Shown here: positions 43,772-51,433 of the stretch, piece by piece
Layout: every line of letters starts with the position of its first letter
Numbering within the stretch: position 1 is the first letter of the stretch
DNA from: Kiritimatiellia bacterium
GTDB lineage: Bacteria; Verrucomicrobiota; Kiritimatiellia; RFP12; UBA1067
DNA: 64,000 bases
Assembly (NCBI GenBank): GCA_045536845.1
Contig: JAZSOG010000027.1
Coordinates: forward strand, 30,721-94,720
Reading direction: 5' to 3'
Program-made: the position numbers and the translations under genes
Notes under the pieces: model-generated
What the model saw: the letters and a program-made list of their open reading frames with translations, nothing else
Told to the model about the DNA's origin: nothing
Databases searched by the model: none

Positions 43772-44860
43772 CTACTTGCCACCCTTCTTGAGGTTGCATG
43801 TGCGGCAGAGCATCTGGAGGTTCTCGATCTTTGTGCGCCCGCCCTTCCACCAGGGCATGACATGGTCGCCATCCATGTCCTCGTAGGCAAACTCCTCTCC
43901 ACAGATCGCGCACCTATGGTTCTGGCGTTCGTAGACAGTCCGCTTGTCCGCATCGTCGAACTTGCGAAGGTTCAGTAGACTGAAGTCGCGCTCGCCGCCA
44001 AGGACGAATTCGTACACACCGCTCTTCCGTCCGACCTCCGCGTCCGCCATCAGCGCCTTGATCCGCTCTTCCATCGCCGACGGGTCGTAGCGCTTCCCTC
44101 CGTATCTGGAGAAGAGAGGGCCCCACTCCAGCCCCTTCATCTCCTTTCTGTACTTCGGGAACAGCGTCTCGATCCAGTCGACGATGCCCTTGAAGTACAG
44201 CCACTCCTCCATTGAAGACGCCTCGTGCTGTCGAACGGCCATGTAGTCCTTCACGGCCCCTTCGCTTTTCCACTTCAACACAGTCGCGAGATAGTCCTGT
44301 CGGATTGGCTCGCCGCGAAGGTAGCGGCTGCCAAGCCCGTAGGCGGGCCCGGACGGCCTCGAGAAGTAGCGCTTCAAGTCCGCTGTCCACGGCCCCGCGT
44401 AGACGGCGTTCAGAAGCTCCTGGTCCGTCAGCTCCTCGCCGGCGATGTTGATTGTCTTGAACCACTCCAGCTTCTCCGCGTCCGTCCCCTCGCAGAAGTA
44501 GACCATCAGCGGATAGTCGAGGATGGCGTCCTGCTCCCCTTTCGTGAGGTTGCCGAAATATCGGAAGTTGTAGGCGAACTTTCCAGCGACGTACTCGCAC
44601 ACTGACAGCGTCCGCTGCTGGCCGTCGATGACCTCGTAAGTCCCGTCGCCGCGCACGGCCCAGTACATGACGTTCAGCGGATATCCCTTCGTCACGGTGT
44701 CGATGACAACGACCTGCTGCTCCGGCTTGTAGATGAACTCGCGCTGGTACTTTGGCCGGACGTCGAGCTTGCCGCCGTATGCGACAACGCCCTCGTCCTC
44801 GCTGTTGACGTATCCTGCGACAAGCTCGCGGACAGCTATCTTGTGAAGCTCAATATTCAC
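43772..44860 (-). CDS. DUF262 (ParB/Srx-like NTPase) - HNH nuclease, GmrSD/BrxU-like type IV restriction candidate
   Basis: N-terminal DUF262 with EVIDGQQRTLS. C-terminal HNH/zinc ribbon HRCAICGEEF...DGDHVMPWWKGGRTKIENLQMLCRTCNLKK. GTG start with GGAGGA SD 8 nt upstream. Confidence 0.85.
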   Translation of the reverse strand: MNIELHKIAVRELVAGYVNSEDEGVVAYGGKLDVRPKYQREFIYKPEQQVVVIDTVTKGYPLNVMYWAVRGDGTYEVIDGQQRTLSVCEYVAGKFAYNFRYFGNLTKGEQDAILDYPLMVYFCEGTDAEKLEWFKTINIAGEELTDQELLNAVYAGPWTADLKRYFSRPSGPAYGLGSRYLRGEPIRQDYLATVLKWKSEGAVKDYMAVRQHEASSMEEWLYFKGIVDWIETLFPKYRKEMKGLEWGPLFSRYGGKRYDPSAMEERIKALMADAEVGRKSGVYEFVLGGERDFSLLNLRKFDDADKRTVYERQNHRCAICGEEFAYEDMDGDHVMPWWKGGRTKIENLQMLCRTCNLKKGGK

Positions 44861-44873
44861 AGTGCCATTCCTC

Positions 44874-45416
44874 CTATCGTATGCGTATCGTCATTGGCAT
44901 GTTCTGGACGGAACACTCTATCTGAGGACTTGGAGCGTCAAGCCCACGGCAGACAATCTTGACCGTGTTCCATCCGGCATCGAAGAGGAAGCGCGGCTGA
45001 TTTGCCGCGAGCGCGACAAACGCCGGTGCGCCGCCGACGGACACCGCGAGCGAGCGGGGCGCGGCACTAGGAACGGCAACAAGCCGCCATTCCATCACGG
45101 TCGAGCCAGACGCACGTTGCTCTACAGTCTCTTCTCCTGTGGCGCAGTCCACCACCTTCCACACGCCGCAGTCCCAGCCAATCATCAGCGACTCTTCCGC
45201 CCGCGAGAGAACGCCGTCCATGTCCGCGTCTCGTCCGAACACAAGCGAGACGTTGTTAGATGGCGTAGCAGCCAGTTCCAGACTAAACGAGAACACCCGC
45301 GAGTCGGCGCGAACCGCAGGGAGAGCGACGTTTGTCACAACCTCCGTATCGTCGTGCTCCGCTGGTGGAAGCGCGGGGAGCGCAAGCGTAGCGGCAAGCA
45401 GAGACAAAGCAATCAT
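44874..45416 (-). CDS. Small secreted hypothetical protein
   Basis: Signal peptide MIALSLLAATLALPALPPA. 4-nt overlap (ATGA) with the upstream gene. Its stop overlaps the SD of the nuclease gene. Confidence 0.55.
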   Translation of the reverse strand: MIALSLLAATLALPALPPAEHDDTEVVTNVALPAVRADSRVFSFSLELAATPSNNVSLVFGRDADMDGVLSRAEESLMIGWDCGVWKVVDCATGEETVEQRASGSTVMEWRLVAVPSAAPRSLAVSVGGAPAFVALAANQPRFLFDAGWNTVKIVCRGLDAPSPQIECSVQNMPMTIRIR

Positions 45417-46141
45417 CTGCCCTCCTTCGCGGCTTCTGCCGTCACCTTGGCGTCGATTCGCTTCAGCGCATTTGTCGCATAGTCAACCTGATAGTCGTTG
45501 ACGCGCCGCTCGGCAACCTCTCGCAGCAACGCCTTTCTGTCCTCGCTCGTCTCGTAGTCGGGATCAAGCGAAAGCAGGAACTTGTCAGCCCAAAGCGCCG
45601 TCGCGGGAATTGTCCTTGAATATCGCTTGAGCGATGAAATCGACAGTTGCTTGTCGGCAACAGAAACTTCATCCCGCTTCGCGGCATAAGCAAGCGCAGA
45701 ACAAATATCATATCTGTCATGTTGCTGCTTAAGATTCCTATACATGATATCATTCGCAAGTTCAACAGCATTACTCGTTATGCCGTCTATAAGGATAACA
45801 GCAGATACTGCCTGCGCTGCGATGTTTAAATCATTAGTGTAGCCAAGAAGGAATGGCACGTCTTCACTTGTCCCATGGTTTATCAACGCGGAAATGGCCC
45901 ACGGAACACGGTTGGTGTGTTCAACTGCAATTTCTTTTGCGATGCGCGCTATCCGCCGATCATCTCCTTTGCATAATTCTATCGCATGTTTATAAGCTCC
46001 AATCGCTCTATTGCCGCAAAACGCTGGTGCAGTTGCCGAAAGAAAGGCCGCCTTGATCTCTTTGTCAGTCATCGGTTGCTGCTCAGCGAATGAACTTGCG
46101 CAAGCCGACACAAACACCGCCGTTATCGCTATTCCCCTCAT
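45413..46141 (-). CDS. Putative lipoprotein, alpha-helical (HEAT/ARM-like) repeat protein
   Basis: Signal peptide with a lipobox-like FVSAC. Helical-repeat composition. The gene lies in the lowest-GC stretch of the window. Confidence 0.55.
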   Translation of the reverse strand: MRGIAITAVFVSACASSFAEQQPMTDKEIKAAFLSATAPAFCGNRAIGAYKHAIELCKGDDRRIARIAKEIAVEHTNRVPWAISALINHGTSEDVPFLLGYTNDLNIAAQAVSAVILIDGITSNAVELANDIMYRNLKQQHDRYDICSALAYAAKRDEVSVADKQLSISSLKRYSRTIPATALWADKFLLSLDPDYETSEDRKALLREVAERRVNDYQVDYATNALKRIDAKVTAEAAKEGR

Positions 46142-46150
46142 AATATCCTC

Positions 46151-49105
46151 CTATTGGTGAACAGGACTTGTGCCCCTGTCCACATTGGTGAAAAACCCGA
46201 CTGGAGCAAGACCGATTTTCCAGTCGCTGTCAAAAACGCCATCTCCCGTGTAACTAACCCCATGTATATCCCCCATGGTGATGTCGCGTCCGCCAGAGGA
46301 AGTATGCCGCTCTCCATTCATCAACATCCTGTCAAAAATGTCGTGAAGGAAGACATGCTTACCATAGAATCGACAACCACCATCGCCATGTCCATCACAG
46401 CCAAGATTCCAGTCTGACTCCATAAATACATACTTCGGACGTTCTGCCGCTGGAATTGACTTCAATGACACCGTCTCATTTGTCGCGCCGGCATTTGACG
46501 CATAAATGTCTTCCATTCCAAGTGCGTGTCCAATCTCATGCGCCAAGGTTCTGCCATCCGCTCCAGCGGTCATTACCATTCCTGAAGCGCAGTTCATGCC
46601 CAGTATCTGAGGGGCATCAACAAAACCATTAACGAAATAGCACTCCAACGCACCAGTGTCAACATTCAAACCCACAAGATGCTCTTTTGTCAGCTTTCCA
46701 GGTCTGGACTCGTTGTATGTAACGTTATACGCAGCCCCAATATTGGTAAACACAATTGGCTCTATCAATTCCACGTTGACACCTGTTTGCTCATAAATGT
46801 CATCAGCTTCAGCAACCAAGTCTCGAACTTCACTTTGCGTTCGTGCCCAGGCCATTTCATCGCCGACAACCCACGCACGAAGTCTGACTGTCATTGGCTG
46901 GACAACCTTGGCGAAAAACGCCGGGCGGGGCGACTCTGCGTCGCCAAACTGCACCATGAGGAACACATCCCCTGCCGAAACGCCCTCGACCGTCACGACT
47001 CTGCCGGTGTTGACATTCGAGCCGACAAATCTGACTGCCCCTTCGCACATGTTGGTCGTCCAGACGATCTTGCTGTCGGGATAGTCCTCGGGCAGAACAT
47101 CTACTTTGAACGTCGCCGTCTTCCCCACTACGACGGCACAGGGGTTATAGAGGTAGGAATGCAGCCGTCCGTCGCCCGCAAAGTCGGCGAGCGACCACGA
47201 CTCGTCAGTGATCGGCTCTGCTGTCGGCTCGACGATTGTAAAGCGCTTGCTTACGGCGGAGCGCCCCCCGGAGTTCGGCTTCCAGAGGACGCGGACGCGT
47301 CCGTCTTGGTAATGCGAACTTGCCACGGCGGGGTTGACGAAGAAATCCCGATACAGCGAAGACGAACCCGATACGGCGTACTCGTGCCCTTCGCTAATTG
47401 GCGAGAGGCCGGATCTGTCGGCATAAACACGACGCGTTCCGTTCGTGTCCTGTTCAAGCCCGGTCAATCTCTGGAGCTTGACGGCTCCGCTGGTCGGCAA
47501 GATCGAAGAGAACGACACGTGCCCCTCCGCGATTTCGTCGTCCTTGTCCGCGAACGGCGGCTCGGCATCTACCGAACCATTGTCGTCGTCGTCGTTCGCA
47601 ATGAACGTGGACGGCATTTCTATCGACAAGCTGATCCCATCACCAGTGAAAGTGCTCGGCTCAGGCTCGTACATTGTGCAACTGCAGGGGCCATACCAAC
47701 TGAATGCGCGGTAATAGCCTTCCCACGATGCCACGGCAGACAGACAATGCTCACCGTTGCACAGGCAATTCTCGGAGCAGAGCCACGCGAAGCCGAATGC
47801 GTTTGTCTCACACGAGCAGCACCCGCCGGAGAGCGACGCAAGCGACGCGCCAACGTCTATCGGCGAGGAATGAAGCCCATAGTTAGCCGTGAGTGCATCG
47901 CCACCGCCCGACCTCATGAGAATCTGCTCAAACGAAAACTCCAGCGGCAAGGAAACTGTCAGGTTGTTGTCGGCGTTCGTGGCGATCTCTGCATATTCAC
48001 TCGACACGGCGGAATAGTCAATCGGCAAGTCGCTTTCGACGACATAGGTCGCGCCAGCGAGAAGCGGAATGTGGCAGACCTGGTTCGTGCGGGCAATCAC
48101 AAGATGGTCGCCAAGGTCGCTCGCGCCGTCGCACGTGACGCGGATCGTAGCGACGCCGAGAAGCCCAGTGACCGAAAGATCAAGCCAGTAGTAGGCATCG
48201 GGATTCGCGTTTGCGGGCAATGCGTTCCCAACGCCAAAGAAATCGCCGTCGCAGCTTGTCGGGTTCAAGTCTCGCTCGTTGTGGATTCCGTCGTCATCCC
48301 AATCGTCGGGGTTGATTCGTCTGTAGACGGTCTCGACATCGTTGCTTCTCGTCGTGAAGTCGCCGTCGGCAGAAAGGCGGATATCCGCGTCGTACCCTTC
48401 TGTGCAGTCACGCTCCGCGAAGACGCTCGTCCACCGCAAAACCTTCGCGCCGTCCTCCGCGTCCGCGCTCCAGAAGCCGCTTACTCCAGGCACGAGCGAC
48501 GCATGCTCACGCGCCGCGCAGATGAAGCCGGGGCCGTTCAGCGCAGGGAACGTCTCGACCATTCCGCCGGAAAGGACGCGAAGCCGGTTGATGCGGTTGG
48601 TGCCGAGCGGGAAGACGAAATCGCCAAGGTCAAGCGGAAACCACGTCTCGCGTCCGCCACGCTGCGACCACCGCGCATACTCCACGGCGTTGGACGGCAG
48701 GGGGGCAAACGGCGCGGCGTTCGTAGCCACGCTTTCTGCGCGGTAGCCGCGCATGATGTCCTCTGGCGTAACTGCGGCAGTTCCGCAGCGAAGACCGCCG
48801 TCGTCACGACGGCCGACCTGTTGCCCATAGCCCAAACCGAGTTCTCTTTCCTCAATCGGCGCACCCGCCGAACGCGGCGGATCGTTCGTCTTGCTGCCGC
48901 CGTAGATCACGCCTATCAGAAGCATCGCGCAGACGACAGCCCTTCCGACAGCCGTCAGCTTCCGCCAAAACTTGGAAATCGGCGCACTGGCAACCTTACC
49001 TGTCCACCACAGGACAAGCGCGGCAAAACATGCAATGGCCCCGCGCAGACATATCCACGCAAGTGCATTCCGAAACGCCTCTCCCGCTGCAATCAGGACA
49101 CTCAT
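46151..49105 (-). CDS. Membrane-anchored large extracytoplasmic protein with Cys-rich segment and C-terminal metzincin-like Zn-protease motif
   Basis: Two N-terminal hydrophobic helices. Cys cluster GGCCSCETNAFGFAWLCSENCLCNGEHCL (~47650-47850). TLAHEIGHALGMED fits HExxHxxGxxD, with HEIGH encoded at 46526-46540. Confidence 0.75.
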   Translation of the reverse strand: MSVLIAAGEAFRNALAWICLRGAIACFAALVLWWTGKVASAPISKFWRKLTAVGRAVVCAMLLIGVIYGGSKTNDPPRSAGAPIEERELGLGYGQQVGRRDDGGLRCGTAAVTPEDIMRGYRAESVATNAAPFAPLPSNAVEYARWSQRGGRETWFPLDLGDFVFPLGTNRINRLRVLSGGMVETFPALNGPGFICAAREHASLVPGVSGFWSADAEDGAKVLRWTSVFAERDCTEGYDADIRLSADGDFTTRSNDVETVYRRINPDDWDDDGIHNERDLNPTSCDGDFFGVGNALPANANPDAYYWLDLSVTGLLGVATIRVTCDGASDLGDHLVIARTNQVCHIPLLAGATYVVESDLPIDYSAVSSEYAEIATNADNNLTVSLPLEFSFEQILMRSGGGDALTANYGLHSSPIDVGASLASLSGGCCSCETNAFGFAWLCSENCLCNGEHCLSAVASWEGYYRAFSWYGPCSCTMYEPEPSTFTGDGISLSIEMPSTFIANDDDDNGSVDAEPPFADKDDEIAEGHVSFSSILPTSGAVKLQRLTGLEQDTNGTRRVYADRSGLSPISEGHEYAVSGSSSLYRDFFVNPAVASSHYQDGRVRVLWKPNSGGRSAVSKRFTIVEPTAEPITDESWSLADFAGDGRLHSYLYNPCAVVVGKTATFKVDVLPEDYPDSKIVWTTNMCEGAVRFVGSNVNTGRVVTVEGVSAGDVFLMVQFGDAESPRPAFFAKVVQPMTVRLRAWVVGDEMAWARTQSEVRDLVAEADDIYEQTGVNVELIEPIVFTNIGAAYNVTYNESRPGKLTKEHLVGLNVDTGALECYFVNGFVDAPQILGMNCASGMVMTAGADGRTLAHEIGHALGMEDIYASNAGATNETVSLKSIPAAERPKYVFMESDWNLGCDGHGDGGCRFYGKHVFLHDIFDRMLMNGERHTSSGGRDITMGDIHGVSYTGDGVFDSDWKIGLAPVGFFTNVDRGTSPVHQ

Positions 49106-49119
49106 TGTCTTCTCCGCAT

Positions 49120-49128
49120 ATTATACCA
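49120..49128 (-). promoter_or_regulatory. Extended -10 TGGTATAAT for the five-gene minus-strand operon
   Basis: Minus strand reads TTTGGTATAATatgcGGAGAAGacaATG. The -10 is 14 nt from the ATG at 49105. Confidence 0.5.
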
Positions 49129-49355
49129 AACTCAGCCAAGTGCTGCTCGTCTCCATGCGCGATTCAGAGTGGCGGCGAAGTGAGCAAAGATGAATTAGCG
49201 ACAGTTAGAGACGATTAGGGTCGGATAGCGTTATGGCGCGGACGCGGTGGGGGTGTTTCGGCGGCATGCGTCATTAGCCGCAAGTTATCACCAATCCGAG
49301 CCGATGATTTAGGCGAAGCGCAGAGGCCGGAGAGCCGACTGGCGCACGAGAGCAA

Positions 49356-49493
49356 GTTTGCGGGCCCGGCGTGATTTTGACCGCCAGCGCAAAGAGCGCG
49401 CGTGAAATATCCGCCGGGCGAAGCCCGCTTGCGAAGCAAGTCGCTAGAGCGGTGCGCGCGCGTCAAAATCATGCCGGTGGGGTGCCCGCAAAC
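49356..49493. repeat. ~138-nt imperfect inverted-repeat element (MITE-like or structured RNA)
   Basis: Left arm GTTTGCGGGCCCGGCGTGATTTTGAC (49356-49381). Reverse complement of the right arm (49462-49493) is GTTTGCGGGCaccccaCCGGCaTGATTTTGAC. That gives 25 matches, 1 mismatch and one 6-nt bulge. The interior holds two GCGAAGC mini-hairpins. Confidence 0.6.
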
Positions 49494-49537
49494 TGCGGGT
49501 CGGGCGAGCAGGTCGGGCGCAGGCCTCACCATCGGGC

Positions 49538-49570
49538 GGCGCGGCGTTTAAACATCGCCAAACGCCGCCC
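49538..49570 (-). terminator. GC-rich hairpin 25 nt downstream of the fucI stop (possible terminator or 3'-end stabiliser)
   Basis: GCGGCGTTT (49541-49549) pairs with AAACGCCGC (49560-49568). 10-nt loop. No U-tract on the minus strand. Confidence 0.35.
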
Positions 49571-49594
49571 TTGTGTGACACAACTAAGGATACC

Positions 49595-51397
49595 TTAGCG
49601 GTTCGTGGCGTAGAGCGGGCCGAAGTTCGCGCAAGCGCGGTAGTCCGCGCCGGTCGGGTCGTCCGATGCGCCGAAGAGTCCCCAGCAATGCGGCTGGAAC
49701 ACCTTCTCCTCCGGCACGTTGTGCATGGCGACCGGAATGCGGAGCATCGAGGCGAGCGTGATGAGATCGGCACCGATGTGACCGTACGCAATTGCGCCAT
49801 GGTTTGCGGCCCAGGCGTTCATCACCGAGTAGACGTCCTTGAAGAAGCCCTTCCCCGTGAGACGAGGCGTGAACCAGGTGCAAGGCCATTCGGGGTTCGT
49901 GCGCTCCATAAGCGTCTTCTGCTGCTTCGCATCGAGAGTGACGGAATAGCCCTCAGCAATCTGGAGAACAGGTCCCTGGCCCTTCACGATCGAAATACGG
50001 ATCATCGTGAGAGGCATCCCCTTGGGCGTCAGGAACGACGATGAGAAGCCGCCGCCGCGGAAGTATTCAACGCCCGCGGGAACCCATTTCGTCGCCTTCA
50101 AGGTGGCGTCGATGTCCTTCTGGGTGACTTCCCACCAGTTCTTGAAGACCGACTTCCCCTTATCCTTCATCTCGCCAGCCGCGTCAAGGCAGCAGGAGCC
50201 GGAATTGAGAAGATGGATGATGCCCGCCTTCGCGTCCTTAGGAAGCCCCTTCCCTGTCGCGCGCTTGACCGCCGCGTCGCTCCAGTAGGTGCGAACGTCG
50301 GCGAACATCGACGCCTTGTTGGTGAGGAGCCACATGAGGAGCATGCAGATGCCGTTGAGAGAGTCGTTCTCCGTCGCGAGGATCTGCGGCATCTTCTTGC
50401 CGTTCCAGTCGAACGAGGTATTGCACATGACCTCGGCGACGTCGCCGTTCGGCCAGTGGTCGGTCCACTGGCGTTGGCCCTGGAAGCCACCGGCAATCGC
50501 GTTGCGCCCGACGGCCTCTTCGCCAAAGCCCATCTCCTTGAGTTTGGGATTGCCGGCCATCATGTCGCGAACGATGATCGCCATCTTCGCGATGAACTCC
50601 CAGTCCTTGTCCTTCTCGGCGCGAGACTTCTGGATCTTTGCGGGATTGTAGTCCTTCCCTTCCTTGAGGTTCTTCTTCATCCACGCAAGGGCCTTCTTGT
50701 ACTCGTCCTTGTCGTAGATGCCTTCCTCGATGCGACGGAGAATCTCGCACTCGTCCATGTTCTCCGGCGCAAGGCCGAGATAGTCCTGCATGAAGTTGAC
50801 GTCGACGAAGGAGCCTGCGATGCCCATCGCGGAAGTTCCGATCGAGAGATAGCTCTTGCCCTTCATCATTGCGACGGCGAGACCCGCCTTTGCGAAGCGG
50901 AGGATCTTCTCTGCGACGTCTGCTGGAATCTTCGTCGTCTCGTCGCGGTTCTGCACCTCGTGGCCGTAGATGCCATAGGCTGGCATGCCGCGCTGCGCGT
51001 AGCCAGCGAGCATGCACGCGAGATAGACGGCGCCGGGACGCTCAGTCCCATTGAAGCCCCAGACTGCCTTCGGAATTGTCGGATCGATGTCCATAGTCTC
51101 GGTGCCGTAGCACCAGCAAGGCGTAACGGAAAGCGAGACGCCGACGTTGTTCGCGGCAAACTTGTTCGCGCACTGCGCGGCCTCGAATCTGCCGCCGATC
51201 GTCGTGTCTGCGATGACACATTCGACAGGCGTGCCGTCGGGATACTTGAGGTTATCGGAAATCAGCTTCGCGGCGGCTTTCGCCATCGCCATCGTCTGGT
51301 CTTCGAGCGACTCCCTGACGCCGCGTCTGCGGCCGTCGATGATTGGGCGGATGCCCACCTTGGGGAACGGATTGTTTGTGAATACTGTCTGTTTCAT
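49595..51397 (-). CDS. fucI: L-fucose isomerase
   Basis: 600 aa. The N-terminus [25 protein letters not shown], and collinearity along the full length, match FucI as I recall it. Confidence 0.93.
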   Translation of the reverse strand: MKQTVFTNNPFPKVGIRPIIDGRRRGVRESLEDQTMAMAKAAAKLISDNLKYPDGTPVECVIADTTIGGRFEAAQCANKFAANNVGVSLSVTPCWCYGTETMDIDPTIPKAVWGFNGTERPGAVYLACMLAGYAQRGMPAYGIYGHEVQNRDETTKIPADVAEKILRFAKAGLAVAMMKGKSYLSIGTSAMGIAGSFVDVNFMQDYLGLAPENMDECEILRRIEEGIYDKDEYKKALAWMKKNLKEGKDYNPAKIQKSRAEKDKDWEFIAKMAIIVRDMMAGNPKLKEMGFGEEAVGRNAIAGGFQGQRQWTDHWPNGDVAEVMCNTSFDWNGKKMPQILATENDSLNGICMLLMWLLTNKASMFADVRTYWSDAAVKRATGKGLPKDAKAGIIHLLNSGSCCLDAAGEMKDKGKSVFKNWWEVTQKDIDATLKATKWVPAGVEYFRGGGFSSSFLTPKGMPLTMIRISIVKGQGPVLQIAEGYSVTLDAKQQKTLMERTNPEWPCTWFTPRLTGKGFFKDVYSVMNAWAANHGAIAYGHIGADLITLASMLRIPVAMHNVPEEKVFQPHCWGLFGASDDPTGADYRACANFGPLYATNR

Positions 51398-51433
51398 AGG
51401 TGTTGGTATTTTGGGGTTGGTGGTTGTAGTGTT

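Noticed and set aside
49215-49598. ORFs 49215..49532 (-) and 49371..49598 (+) in the fucI / island spacer
   Set aside because: Their products are Arg/Ala/Pro-rich with no start context. They overlap each other and the inverted-repeat element. The region is better described as structured non-coding DNA.
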